Shown: piece by piece, positions 25,829 through 34,714 of the stretch
How the letters are laid out: each line of letters opens with the position of its first letter
Numbering within the stretch: the stretch's first letter is position 1
Virus record (IMG/VR): IMGVR_UViG_3300020202_000067
Span: 17,335-81,334 of that record
Length of the DNA stretch: 64,000 nt
Strand: one strand, 5' to 3'
From: a virus
Taxonomy: Duplodnaviria > Heunggongvirae > Uroviricota > Caudoviricetes
Program-made: the position numbers and the translations under genes
The notes under the pieces: generated by a model
Seen by the model: only the letters and a program-made list of their open reading frames with translations
Databases searched by the model: none
What the model was told of the DNA's origin: nothing

Positions 25829-26182
25829 TCAGTGGTGGGGACGAGCGCTGACGTCTTTCTTTTGGTCGATCCAGAACTCAATGGGCTTCGGGCCGCGTCT
25901 GGTGGACCTACGCACTCGAAAAGGCTCGCGCTTAATCACGACCTTGTCGATCAGAGACCGCATCGCTGACATAACAATCTTCTGTCCATTGAGCGGAACG
26001 TTCTTGCCATACCGCTTGTTCACAAGATCGCTGGTCGTGATGCGGGTGCCATCCTTCGGGAGCAAGTTCAGGAGCTGCTGCTCTGATGGAGAGTAGCGCA
26101 CCTTACTTGCGGTTGATGCCATACGTCTTTTCCTTGCGGTCACGCGTGAGGACGTACGGGAGCTTCTTCTTCTGGATGACAT
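25829..26182 (-). CDS. basic DNA-binding-like protein (winged-helix like); probable true start ~26122 (MASTASKV...)
   Basis: Track ORF is 117 aa. The internal Met at ~26122 has RBS aaggaaaag. The Arg-rich N-terminal extension is probably not translated. Confidence 0.35.
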   Translation of the reverse strand: MSSRRRSSRTSSRVTARKRRMASTASKVRYSPSEQQLLNLLPKDGTRITTSDLVNKRYGKNVPLNGQKIVMSAMRSLIDKVVIKREPFRVRRSTRRGPKPIEFWIDQKKDVSARPHH

Positions 26183-26624
26183 CCTTGATGCCCTTCATGA
26201 CCATTGCGAGCGCTCCTGTGTTCTCTGTGTTCTGAGAGCCATAGGCCGCCTTGAGCAATTCGCCCTGAGGGATTTGTTTGCCGAGGTTTGGCAGGAGCTT
26301 CTTCAACACCTTCTCGCGGTTCGTCCCAGAGCGAACCTCGAATGCCTCGATCTTCTTTTCCAACGCGGTCATGTCACTGTCTCCACTTTCGGCTTTCTTG
26401 GGTTCAGGAGCTCCCCCCTTTTGCCCCGACGAAATGGTCAAAGCAAGTTCTTTGACCCTCTTGAGACCGGAAACCCGGTCTGCGAACCGGGTCACTGGCT
26501 TAACACCAGTGGCCTGCTCAGCCAGCTTATTGTAAGCGGTCACAAGTTCCGGACCACTCATTTCCTCATACGGCTTGTCTGTCATGTTAGTTCTTCCTCT
26601 GTTGTTAGTCCGCAGCGTGATCAT
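26103..26624 (-). CDS. hypothetical protein
   Basis: 173 aa ORF (possible start at 'MTDKPYEEMSG'). Lys-rich, helical. Confidence 0.35.
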   Translation of the reverse strand: MITLRTNNRGRTNMTDKPYEEMSGPELVTAYNKLAEQATGVKPVTRFADRVSGLKRVKELALTISSGQKGGAPEPKKAESGDSDMTALEKKIEAFEVRSGTNREKVLKKLLPNLGKQIPQGELLKAAYGSQNTENTGALAMVMKGIKDVIQKKKLPYVLTRDRKEKTYGINRK

Positions 26625-27082
26625 GATAAAGGCTCGAATTTGGCTTTGCGGGTCACCCTGCCTATCCTGCCAAAGATAGGGTGGTCAACGGTGTCATTCA
26701 CCTGTTCAATGCCAGAGAACTTAACGTTGGGGAACTCGACCTGGTGCTTAATGAGATCGAGCGTAATGTCGTCAGGCAGAGATGCTATGTCGTCGTCTTC
26801 AATGCCGGTGATGACAGCATTGCCTGCCATGATTTGATTCTCCGGCAGGCCGATACGGAAAAACTTATCTGGAGTTGGAGACTTGAGCAAGCCTTCCTCG
26901 TCCACCCAGGCGAAGACACCTTCATGCAACTGCACAGTCTGCAACCATTGACAGTTGCACAGATGTCTGATCTCCTCAAATGCGCTCTGAGCATCCTCAC
27001 TGAGCTCTGTTTCCGTGACCGTCTCGTCCGCGCTGTTTATTAAAATTGCTCTCATGCGCCTCTCTCCTTCAACACGCGACAC
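26621..27082 (-). CDS. hypothetical acidic protein
   Basis: 153 aa, ATGA-coupled at 26621-26624. Confidence 0.35.
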   Translation of the reverse strand: MSRVEGERRMRAILINSADETVTETELSEDAQSAFEEIRHLCNCQWLQTVQLHEGVFAWVDEEGLLKSPTPDKFFRIGLPENQIMAGNAVITGIEDDDIASLPDDITLDLIKHQVEFPNVKFSGIEQVNDTVDHPIFGRIGRVTRKAKFEPLS

Positions 27083-27261
27083 TCAATCAAGCGCCAACGA
27101 CCGCCGCGCTTGGAGCTTTCATTAAAGATCTTCCTGGCAGTCTCCGGAGATTGCGCCGCATCAAAAACTCGAAAGTTGACCTCGCCAGTTCGTGGGTCTT
27201 CGATGCCTTGCAGCACTTCATAGTAGGTATCAAGAATTTGTGTATGCTCGCTCATGTCCAA
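27052..27261 (-). CDS. hypothetical small protein
   Basis: 69 aa ORF in the operon. Confidence 0.3.
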   Translation of the reverse strand: MDMSEHTQILDTYYEVLQGIEDPRTGEVNFRVFDAAQSPETARKIFNESSKRGGRWRLIECRVLKERGA

Positions 27262-27695
27262 GCCTCCTCTCTGTCTAGCCAGTTGTCAGGCGCGCGGCCA
27301 TCGTGGACCTTTTGCGCATCCCAGATCTTATGCAGATCACTCTCCACCGGGAACCCAGAAGGGAAAGCAGCACAGAATTTCAAAAGATCTGTTTCACCTT
27401 CGTGAGCGCTGTCTTCCTGGATCGCCTTGAGCGCAGCTGCATAAAGCACTACTGTTCCCGGTCTGTCACAAAGCACAGCAATGAACGCCTTCAAGTAATC
27501 ATTGACTTTCAGACCATGCACCTCAACACGTTTGTCCAGGATTTTGTATGCAAACATTTCCCTGAAGATGTCTGGCAGCGGCTCTCCGGCAGCTTCCATC
27601 AAGCCTAAAACTGCCATAACTTTTGATGCGTCTTCATTCATCTGATGCTGCGGCGCTGCCAACATTGCGCGACCAACTTCGACTGCTTTCATCAT
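27252..27695 (-). CDS. hypothetical helical protein
   Basis: 147 aa ORF. Confidence 0.35.
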   Translation of the reverse strand: MMKAVEVGRAMLAAPQHQMNEDASKVMAVLGLMEAAGEPLPDIFREMFAYKILDKRVEVHGLKVNDYLKAFIAVLCDRPGTVVLYAAALKAIQEDSAHEGETDLLKFCAAFPSGFPVESDLHKIWDAQKVHDGRAPDNWLDREEAWT

Positions 27696-28049
27696 TCACT
27701 GCTCCCATTGCTTGTAGACAACGATGCCTCCTTCGAACCCCTCGATGGAGTAGTGGTCAGCCAACTTGATCGGGCAAGTCTCGCTGACGAACCGGAAGCC
27801 CTGCTCCTTCATTTGTCGCATCACGCCATCCGGGCCAAGCTCGATAGCCATCTTTGGCGTCACTGTGAACTCGCGCATCATCCGTCCTCCAGGAACCGTT
27901 CTGCTTGCAGGATCAATTTCAAGTTGGCTTCCTCCTGCTTGGATCCAGGCGGAATGATGCTGAGCAGCCGCTTGACAAGCAGCTTCGCCTTGTACCCATT
28001 CAGTTCCTTGGCGATGTCGGCCGCCTTGACGCCTGGCCCTGCCTCGCAA
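27696..28049 (-). CDS. hypothetical small protein (probable start ~27881, 'MMREFTVTPKM...')
   Basis: The N-terminal third of the track ORF is Arg/Gly/Gln-rich low complexity and overlaps the next gene. The internal Met is ATGA-coupled to the 27878..28153 stop. Confidence 0.3.
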   Translation of the reverse strand: MRGRARRQGGRHRQGTEWVQGEAACQAAAQHHSAWIQAGGSQLEIDPASRTVPGGRMMREFTVTPKMAIELGPDGVMRQMKEQGFRFVSETCPIKLADHYSIEGFEGGIVVYKQWEQ

Positions 28050-28153
28050 ACGGCGAAGCCAAGCGTCGTGCTGGTCGTGCCATTGCGGTTCTTCTTCGTG
28101 ATCGGCAACTGGTAGACCACATCACCCCGCGCTCTGAACCTTGCTCTCGGCAT
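27878..28153 (-). CDS. hypothetical protein
   Basis: 91 aa ORF. Confidence 0.3.
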   Translation of the reverse strand: MPRARFRARGDVVYQLPITKKNRNGTTSTTLGFAVCEAGPGVKAADIAKELNGYKAKLLVKRLLSIIPPGSKQEEANLKLILQAERFLEDG

Positions 28154-28322
28154 CTTTGCTCTCCCTCACGACACGTTCCGCATTGCTCATCAAGGATTGT
28201 CGAAGATCCTTGTAGTATGGATCATAACCAAGAAAGTCTTCATGCTTCAATATTGCTTCGAGCATTTTGACAGGATCCTTGATTGCATCCCATTCACGCC
28301 TCAGATCTTCGTCAGCCATCAA
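28122..28322 (-). CDS. hypothetical small acidic protein
   Basis: 66 aa, ATGA-coupled to the Mini-A gene. Confidence 0.3.
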   Translation of the reverse strand: MMADEDLRREWDAIKDPVKMLEAILKHEDFLGYDPYYKDLRQSLMSNAERVVRESKDAESKVQSAG

Positions 28323-29242
28323 TCAAGATCCTCCTTTGGGTCGTATTCGTGGGCATGCTCTAATTCACCAATCATGAACTCCAGCTCCTCCTTGTCATGC
28401 GCTTCTTGCAGCAAGGCGCGCTCCCATTCCTTCTCATCACGAATACGACGCACGGCGTCGTCGATGAGATTGCGAATCACCGTCGGTTCAAGGGCATCAA
28501 GCTCCCAGCTCTGTTCGCCGAAGCGGCGTATGTATTCAGGAGAACGAACATCGCTGAACTTCACAGGGTTTGGCGGCGGATTGTAGCGCTCAATTTGATC
28601 CATGTTGAGCGCAAGACGAACAACCTGAATCTGCGTGCCAGCAAACAAGGACAACCGTGCTTGGTTGTCACGCGTCATGTCAATCCCACTTGGGTCGTGG
28701 TCGCCAAGATAAAAGACAATTGGCGTCTGCCCCTTGGAGATGTAACGAGCGAACCGGCGTCCTGCGCGCCACGCCTCGCTTTGCGAGTTGTAGCCTACAG
28801 TGGTGAAAAAATCGACACGCAACTGATTGCAGATCTGTCCGACCACGCCCACGAGCGCTTCCTTCTCCACCCAAACCTCTGGCCGGAAGCGCTGGTTCTC
28901 CCACATGTCAATGCGGTAGTGCTGCTCCTTCAACCACTTGACCGCGCCTTCAGGCGTATTGAAGGTGGTGAGACCCATAAGATTGCGGCGTCGATCCTCG
29001 ATCGCGGTCCATGAAATCAGGCCAGCGAGGCGACCTTCAGAGACAAGGTCTCCAAGACGATCGTAATTTGCCTTTTTGTTTTCCATCAACCCGCGCGCAA
29101 CGAATTGGTAATAGAGCTGACGCAGCGTGATGGACATGCCCTTGCTCTCATACTCTTCGATGATGTCGTTAGCTTGCTTGATGCGAGCCAGCGCATCGGG
29201 GCCGAAATTCTTCGGCACATAGGCGACGTAGTGTCCCTTCAT
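28319..29242 (-). CDS. topoisomerase VI subunit A / Spo11-like 'Mini-A' protein (winged-helix with catalytic-Tyr motif plus Toprim domain)
   Basis: 307 aa. 'SITLRQLYYQFV' resembles the Top6A/Spo11 catalytic tyrosine motif (R-[DE]-[IL]-[YF]-Y). 'VWVEKEALV' resembles the Toprim glutamate motif (vvEKea). 'YLGDHDPSGIDM' resembles the Toprim DxDPxG motif. The size matches the Mini-A class reported in mobile elements. Confidence 0.55.
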   Translation of the reverse strand: MKGHYVAYVPKNFGPDALARIKQANDIIEEYESKGMSITLRQLYYQFVARGLMENKKANYDRLGDLVSEGRLAGLISWTAIEDRRRNLMGLTTFNTPEGAVKWLKEQHYRIDMWENQRFRPEVWVEKEALVGVVGQICNQLRVDFFTTVGYNSQSEAWRAGRRFARYISKGQTPIVFYLGDHDPSGIDMTRDNQARLSLFAGTQIQVVRLALNMDQIERYNPPPNPVKFSDVRSPEYIRRFGEQSWELDALEPTVIRNLIDDAVRRIRDEKEWERALLQEAHDKEELEFMIGELEHAHEYDPKEDLD

Positions 29243-29595
29243 TTTCTGATGAACCCCGTCAACATCCTCGTGAAATTGTGTTCGACCTCAATGACCTCGA
29301 AGTCACGCGGCTTACACCACCATGGATGACCCTTCCAAGACTTGCCAAACTCTTCAGCTTCCTCGCGCGTCTTGAATGTCTTCAAGCTCAGCGGGAACAA
29401 GACGCTTTCTTTACCTTTTTCAATGCGTTCGGAAGTGGCAAAGCCCTGCAGTTCCACCACCATGAATTTTTCACCCTCCTCGGCAATAGTCTCCCCGTCC
29501 AATCTTACCTCTTCTCCAGTCACAATTAAAGCGAACATCACACCCTCCTTCTTCTCAGCTCTCCAGCTCCTCATAAGCCTTGTCCACGGCGACAA
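29239..29595 (-). CDS. hypothetical protein
   Basis: 118 aa ORF. Confidence 0.3.
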   Translation of the reverse strand: MSPWTRLMRSWRAEKKEGVMFALIVTGEEVRLDGETIAEEGEKFMVVELQGFATSERIEKGKESVLFPLSLKTFKTREEAEEFGKSWKGHPWWCKPRDFEVIEVEHNFTRMLTGFIRK

Positions 29596-29785
29596 TGAAA
29601 TCCATCGCCGGTGTTCTTGCAGGGTGATGCATCGAAAATTGCATTGCGATCTGGTTCATTACACCGCCAGCTTTGGCACCAGCTTCGAAATAAGCTGATG
29701 CCAATTTGAGATGATGGGCACAGAGGAACTCAGCTTCCGTCTGATTGACCTTGTCGTCAAGACTCACGCCACTTCGCTTATCCAT
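29555..29785 (-). CDS. hypothetical small helical protein
   Basis: 76 aa ORF. Confidence 0.3.
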   Translation of the reverse strand: MDKRSGVSLDDKVNQTEAEFLCAHHLKLASAYFEAGAKAGGVMNQIAMQFSMHHPARTPAMDFIVAVDKAYEELES

Positions 29786-30995
29786 GCTTCAACCTCCTCT
29801 TGTCCTCATCAACTTGTGGATCGATCGACACTTTATCTCCCGTGCGAAGACCATGGTGATAGGCGTCTGAGTTCTGACGCATGTCCTCCTTGGTCATGCG
29901 AAAGTATCTTTGGCGATTGACGCGTCGTTCCGCAGCACGTTCACGTGCACGCTGCCTAGCCGCTTCCTTCTTGGCTTCAGCCGCAGCTTCTTCAGGATGC
30001 GCCGCAGCCCATTCAGCATACTCCTTCTCAGCCGCAGCTTGCGCTTCAGCTTGATGGCGGCGACGCTCCATCATTTCTTTTTTCAGCTCTTCAAGATGCG
30101 CCTGTTTCCGCGCCCATGCACCTTCACCATGGAGGAAGTCGTAGTTAGCCTGCTCCTCACGCGCCTCTACATCCGCAAGCGTGAGCGCAGTGGATGTAGA
30201 AACCCCATGAGCTGCCGCCCGCTTCGCAGCTTCGCGCTTTTCCAACTCCTCCTTGTCCTTAATGTCTTGACGACGCTGCTGAATTTTCTCGATCACAGCG
30301 TCAGCAATGCCTTCACGGAAGGCGACAGCCCAGGAGGAGTACCGCTGCTTGTGCGCCTCACCGCCGAGCCGCTCGATCGTCAAACGCTCAATGGTGCCGA
30401 GCAGGTAGCTAGCCATGTTCTTGGTGGCAATAACATTGACCTCACGCCCAACAAGGCGCAACTCATGGGTGTAACGTCGTCCGCGCCTTTCCTGAATTGA
30501 TCCTGGCTTAACACGAACTTTCATCACCCAGAAGAAGCAGTAGTTCAGCTCAGCGATCGCTTCCCACAAGCGGCGCTGGAATTTGTGCATACCGCCGGAG
30601 ACATATTCATCCACGCGCTTGCCCGCCTTGCCAGTGGCAGACTCAATGGTGGACATGTCAAGGTTGTAAGCTTCAAGAAGCTCATTCGCCTTAGCCAAGG
30701 CTGAAGCAGCTTCCTCCTGGTTTGGATTGCGTTCCGCCAACTGCATCAGCTTGGCGATGCGCTCAACGACCTTCTGGGTTGCGTCGTCCACTATTTGAGC
30801 TCCGTTTCGTTGATCGCTTTCTTGAGTTGATTGAATTCTTCTTCCGTCATATGGAAGCTGAGCGAGATGCCGCGATCCTCCATAATGAGCGTGACTTTTC
30901 GTTCGATGCCCCAAGGAGCAGTGCGCCAGTGCCTTGTTGTGTTCACCACCGATACTCCTGATAGATGCCGATCGGCTTAACTTCGATCTTATCAC
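29778..30995 (-). CDS. coiled-coil E/A/K/R-rich protein (DUF2786-like N-terminus 'EAASALAKANELLEAYNL'); true start probably ~30779 (GTG, RBS ggag) or ~30746 (ATG)
   Basis: The track ORF begins at a GTG and its first ~70 aa are low-complexity. The conserved-looking part starts at 'VDDATQKVVERIAKLMQLAERNP'. Long Glu/Ala/Arg coiled coil downstream. Confidence 0.35.
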   Translation of the reverse strand: MIRSKLSRSASIRSIGGEHNKALAHCSLGHRTKSHAHYGGSRHLAQLPYDGRRIQSTQESDQRNGAQIVDDATQKVVERIAKLMQLAERNPNQEEAASALAKANELLEAYNLDMSTIESATGKAGKRVDEYVSGGMHKFQRRLWEAIAELNYCFFWVMKVRVKPGSIQERRGRRYTHELRLVGREVNVIATKNMASYLLGTIERLTIERLGGEAHKQRYSSWAVAFREGIADAVIEKIQQRRQDIKDKEELEKREAAKRAAAHGVSTSTALTLADVEAREEQANYDFLHGEGAWARKQAHLEELKKEMMERRRHQAEAQAAAEKEYAEWAAAHPEEAAAEAKKEAARQRARERAAERRVNRQRYFRMTKEDMRQNSDAYHHGLRTGDKVSIDPQVDEDKRRLKHG

Positions 30996-31185
30996 TCTTG
31001 TAGAGTGTGTCAGACCAGCGCGATGCTAGCCGTTCCGCATGAGCTTGACGCTTCGCATTCCGCCGCTCAAGTGATTCGACGTCCAACTCATTGGGCGCGA
31101 CCCGCACCCGATTGAGTACAGTCTTGCGCTCAGGCAGCACGACGAGGTAGTGCAGTTCTTGTCCGATCATAACTAATCTCTCCAT
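30943..31185 (-). CDS. hypothetical small protein
   Basis: 80 aa ORF. Confidence 0.3.
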   Translation of the reverse strand: MERLVMIGQELHYLVVLPERKTVLNRVRVAPNELDVESLERRNAKRQAHAERLASRWSDTLYKSDKIEVKPIGIYQEYRW

Positions 31186-31451
31186 TTGATTTCAACGTTG
31201 GCGAGTTCAAGCGCGCGGATGGCTCGCTCAGCGCGCCCGATGTATTGACCTTGCAGCCGCTGGCGCATTTCCTCCTTGGTGTTGTCCACCCAGAGGTACA
31301 TGTCCTGCGCAGCAAGGTGCTTGGCCAGCACCATGACAGCCTCAGCTCGGGAGATCATCGATCTTCCTCCAATATGAAGCCACGACGCGCAGCGGCCCGA
31401 TGTCAAGATGGAAATCGAACCACATGCCATCAATCTCAAAGCCAGGACCAA
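31173..31451 (-). CDS. hypothetical small protein (probable start ~31358 'MISRAEAV...')
   Basis: The N-terminal 30 aa of the track ORF are Cys/Ser-rich and poorly protein-like. Confidence 0.3.
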   Translation of the reverse strand: MVLALRLMACGSISILTSGRCASWLHIGGRSMISRAEAVMVLAKHLAAQDMYLWVDNTKEEMRQRLQGQYIGRAERAIRALELANVEIKWRD

Positions 31452-31545
31452 GCGCCCAGCTCCTGATGTCCCACTGCAGAAAGAGGCTGAAGGAGCCGGG
31501 CGGATGCTCGGTCTTGCTGTGCGTATTGATAGACCATGATTTCAC
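31342..31545 (-). CDS. hypothetical small protein
   Basis: 67 aa, ATGA-coupled to 31542..31754. Confidence 0.3.
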   Translation of the reverse strand: MKSWSINTHSKTEHPPGSFSLFLQWDIRSWALGPGFEIDGMWFDFHLDIGPLRVVASYWRKIDDLPS

Positions 31546-31754
31546 TTGCCATCCCTCCCCATGTCCTGGTAAGCGGTGAGGGCATTAGCAAGTTGCCTGA
31601 TGTCCTCTCCGACATTGTGTCCATCAGTCTTGTAGTGCTGCAGACGTCCCAAAATTCTTCGGGCTGCATCTTGCGGAAACAACCCCTGCAGAATTCTCTC
31701 CCACCCTTCGACGCTTTCAACTTTCATTCCTGATCCTTGAAGCTTGTGTCCCAC
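31542..31754 (-). CDS. hypothetical small helical protein
   Basis: 70 aa ORF. Confidence 0.3.
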   Translation of the reverse strand: MGHKLQGSGMKVESVEGWERILQGLFPQDAARRILGRLQHYKTDGHNVGEDIRQLANALTAYQDMGRDGK

Positions 31755-31984
31755 TCCTCCGGCGTGATGCCAGAGAGCAGGAATTCACGCTGCGCATTGG
31801 TCAAGTTCGGCATGGCGTTCTGAATGAGTTCGCCGCCCTTGTCCCATTTGTCGTACTGCTCCTGCGTGACGGGCAGGTCCATGGTGTTGATCTGCCGTGA
31901 CACAGCCGACTTGCGCGTGATGCGCATCAAGCCGTTGGGGAGAACCTCCTCCTTGTTCTCAGCGAACTTGAGTTGTGGCATCAT
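31724..31984 (-). CDS. hypothetical small protein
   Basis: 86 aa. ATGA-coupled at 31981 to the next gene. Confidence 0.3.
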   Translation of the reverse strand: MMPQLKFAENKEEVLPNGLMRITRKSAVSRQINTMDLPVTQEQYDKWDKGGELIQNAMPNLTNAQREFLLSGITPEEWDTSFKDQE

Positions 31985-32226
31985 CTCCTCCTGTCAAGCC
32001 GCGCCGCCCATTCAGCGCGGTCTGCATAGTCATCGACGTCAGGATCATCCTCCACTTCAAGCGGCGCAGTCGGGAAGGGCCACTCTTGATCACGCCATCT
32101 GTAGATGGCATAGGTGAGCCCGCCTGAATCATGCACACTGTGTTGGTATTCCCCGAATGTCCGCGCAAGCGCCAAGGTGAAAGCGATCCGCAGCGTGCTG
32201 CGCAGCTTGCGTATGAAGTGAATCAT
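31981..32226 (-). CDS. hypothetical small protein
   Basis: 81 aa ORF. Confidence 0.3.
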   Translation of the reverse strand: MIHFIRKLRSTLRIAFTLALARTFGEYQHSVHDSGGLTYAIYRWRDQEWPFPTAPLEVEDDPDVDDYADRAEWAARLDRRR

Positions 32227-32227
32227 C

Positions 32228-32623
32228 TCAACTCACCCTCCCTGTGTGGACCAATACGTATGGCACGCCGCCGGGCATCGCCTGAGCGATCTCACGCAGC
32301 ATCCATTCTGCAGACCCGACAGCGATGCCCAAGCAGACAAGCGCTTCGGCTTCACGATGCTCGCCCCACTGCCGACCGTTCTTGTCAAATGGAACATTCA
32401 GGAAGCTATATCCACCACCTCCCCCTTCCTTGAAGTCATCATGCAACTCATCGAGCAACGCATCAATGCGTGGCTTGGCCTCCTGAACGCGCTGCGGGTG
32501 GAAGCCAAAGCGTCTGACGAGGCCATCCACGTGCAACGCCATCTTTGGCGCGTCATCCTTTTCCTCTTCCTTAAAGAGGACGTCCTTCATGATGTCATCA
32601 ACAGCTTGTGAAGTCAGCTTCAT
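32228..32623 (-). CDS. hypothetical protein
   Basis: 131 aa ORF. Confidence 0.3.
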   Translation of the reverse strand: MKLTSQAVDDIMKDVLFKEEEKDDAPKMALHVDGLVRRFGFHPQRVQEAKPRIDALLDELHDDFKEGGGGGYSFLNVPFDKNGRQWGEHREAEALVCLGIAVGSAEWMLREIAQAMPGGVPYVLVHTGRVS

Positions 32624-32880
32624 CAGTCTCTCCCAAATCCGAGCGGAAGGTCCAAGCCTTCCGCTTCATCCACGACAGCAAGCGCCTCGTCGATTTGCAC
32701 ATCAACGACCGCCTGCAGCTTCTCACCGAGCGCGCTGTTGGCTAGGTTCTCTGGCAGGTTGTCTTGCCACTCCTCAAACTCCTCGCGCAAGCCTTGCAGC
32801 AGCTCGAGACCTTCTCGTGCCTTGGCGCATGCATCCGCCCACCTGGCAGCGCGTGAGTTGTTCTTCTTTCTCTTCGCCAT
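32623..32880 (-). CDS. hypothetical small acidic protein
   Basis: 85 aa ORF. Its stop and the next start share one nucleotide. Confidence 0.3.
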   Translation of the reverse strand: MAKRKKNNSRAARWADACAKAREGLELLQGLREEFEEWQDNLPENLANSALGEKLQAVVDVQIDEALAVVDEAEGLDLPLGFGRD

Positions 32881-33038
32881 TCACTTCCCCTTTTCAAGCA
32901 TAGCCAATCCTAGCAATCGCTCGATCTCTTCAGCCTCCCAACGCAGATGCCTAGCGCGTGATTCGAGGTTCTGTGCCTCTTTGCGCTTGGCTTCTGCTGC
33001 TGCGCGATCCTTAATTATTCTCTCGCCAATATTATCCA

Positions 33039-33251
33039 TCAGTCAACGTCCTCCTCCTTCAACCCAGACCACTCGCGCGGCTTGCCATGTTGATCCAGAT
33101 ACTCAAGCGTGCTGAGCACATCGCGCTTCTCCTGAGCAGACATGCCTAACACATTGCATGCCTTCAGGACGCGCTTGGCGCTAGCCATGCTTGGGTTCTG
33201 GTTGTTGCCATAATCGCGCATGAGCGCAATCGCTGCTTCTGCCTTGTTCAT
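33039..33251 (-). CDS. hypothetical small protein
   Basis: 70 aa ORF. Confidence 0.3.
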   Translation of the reverse strand: MNKAEAAIALMRDYGNNQNPSMASAKRVLKACNVLGMSAQEKRDVLSTLEYLDQHGKPREWSGLKEEDVD

Positions 33252-33252
33252 C

Positions 33253-33744
33253 TCAATTCCTCACCGGGTGAAAGTTGCCGTCGCCATACTGATACGCCTT
33301 GGGGAAGGAGAGCAGCAGCTCAACGCCCTCAAGGAAGGTTTTATTGACCAACTTTATAGCAGGCATTCTGCTGCCTGCTATAACATGGCCGAGCCAACGG
33401 TGATTGCCGTCAAGGATGTAAGGCTCCTTGCTCAGCAGGCACGGCTTGCTCAGCACGCCGGAGCCGACCAAAGCCTTAGCCTTGCGCGCGTCCACCCGCT
33501 GGTGGGCGCGCACGAGCCACGGATCAATGGTGCACTCACGGACCTCCTCGCCCTTGTCCTTTAGGAAATCAAGGAGCTCAGGCATGTCATCACCGTCAAT
33601 TTGCGGCATGACTTCACGCGGGATGTAGAACGGTTCAAACTCTCCGCCTTTGTAAAAGCGGCCAAGGAGGGAGTTGCACTCCCCGCCTTTCGGTGCATGT
33701 TGCAGGCTCATCATGGCAGGTCCGGCCTTTCCTTTGCTGTGCAT
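33253..33744 (-). CDS. ParB/sulfiredoxin-like nuclease domain protein
   Basis: 163 aa. 'EPYILDGNHRWLGHVIAG' carries the DGxHR signature of the ParB-N/Srx fold. Confidence 0.45.
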   Translation of the reverse strand: MHSKGKAGPAMMSLQHAPKGGECNSLLGRFYKGGEFEPFYIPREVMPQIDGDDMPELLDFLKDKGEEVRECTIDPWLVRAHQRVDARKAKALVGSGVLSKPCLLSKEPYILDGNHRWLGHVIAGSRMPAIKLVNKTFLEGVELLLSFPKAYQYGDGNFHPVRN

Positions 33745-34052
33745 GAGCTATGATCATCGACATCTATGTGTGAAGGCAGCATTGCTTCCGCCTTCGCAAT
33801 GGCTTCACGCGGCGAGGCTGCACGCGCATAGTACTTGCGATAGAACCAGCGCTCGCCGTCACCGCAAGCAAGGTCAACTTCATAGACCATGTTTGCGGCG
33901 ATGACGTCCTGGTCGCATGCGCGACACGCCACGGAGTATGGTCCGTGCTTTTCGCAAACCTCCATCATGCGCTTACCTCTCAGTTGCTGGCGCAAGTCTT
34001 CTTGCGCGCGTTCGTTGAATGGATAGATCGCCTTCATAAGATCGGCCATCAC
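33711..34052 (-). CDS. hypothetical protein
   Basis: 113 aa ORF. ATGA-coupled at 34049. Confidence 0.3.
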   Translation of the reverse strand: MMADLMKAIYPFNERAQEDLRQQLRGKRMMEVCEKHGPYSVACRACDQDVIAANMVYEVDLACGDGERWFYRKYYARAASPREAIAKAEAMLPSHIDVDDHSSCTAKERPDLP

Positions 34053-34714
34053 AACCTTTCCAGCTTGAATGTCTTCGCCTTCTTGTCTTCTGTTAATCGA
34101 TAGGGAAGCTTATCCCTGTCGATCGACATCAGCATGCCCTTGATGACCATGCGCAGCGGACCGAGTTCTGCATGTGGGTTGCCGTAGACGGTCTCCAACA
34201 AGTCGCTGTAGGAGACCGTCTTCCCCAAGTCCCTAACCAACCGAGTGATGCATCTCTCCCTGTTGGTGCCATGCTTGGTCTTGAACTCAGCCAATACCGG
34301 ACCACCAGGGCCAGAGTATTTGGCACTCACCGGGACCACCCACTTAACCTTCTTGGGATCCCAGACCGCGTCCGGGTGCGGCTGGCGGGATTGGCGCTTA
34401 GCCGCCTTGCCCGCCTGCTTGGCTTCTAGGAAGGCAGCTTGAGCAGCGCGAAACCGCTCAAGCTCCTCTTCACGCTTTTCATCGCGGATGAGCAACGGCT
34501 TGGGAGGCGCTGCCTCCCACACCTTCGCCCGCTCCTCACGGCTCATGAAGCAGATGTCAGGCGCTCCATCTTCCATCATCATCTGCTGCGCCTTCGTCAA
34601 GGCGCGAGGCGTAGGCTTCTCTGACTCTGGCAGGGAAGACGCGGGACTTGGCTTTTTTGACCGCGTGTTCCGGGCTGAGCGCGTAGACTGTGCGTTCTGC
34701 TTTCGTGCCGTCAT
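34049..34714 (-). CDS. hypothetical basic protein
   Basis: 221 aa. Lys/Arg-rich N-terminus. Confidence 0.3.
   Translation of the reverse strand: MTARKQNAQSTRSARNTRSKKPSPASSLPESEKPTPRALTKAQQMMMEDGAPDICFMSREERAKVWEAAPPKPLLIRDEKREEELERFRAAQAAFLEAKQAGKAAKRQSRQPHPDAVWDPKKVKWVVPVSAKYSGPGGPVLAEFKTKHGTNRERCITRLVRDLGKTVSYSDLLETVYGNPHAELGPLRMVIKGMLMSIDRDKLPYRLTEDKKAKTFKLERL

Noticed and set aside
26274-26837. 187-aa plus-strand ORF (and similar ones at 23765..24262, 28397..29014, 35495..36028, 40806..41243, 47915..48448, 55076..55888, 56540..57451, 57322..57861)
   Set aside because: All lie antisense to dense, well-supported minus-strand genes. They are Arg/Ser/Leu-rich as expected for GC-rich antisense frames, lack RBSs and lack co-directional neighbours.
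31436-31720. 94-aa minus-strand ORF
   Set aside because: It overlaps two better-supported, ATGA-coupled small genes (31342..31545 and 31542..31754) almost completely. Cys/Arg-rich composition.
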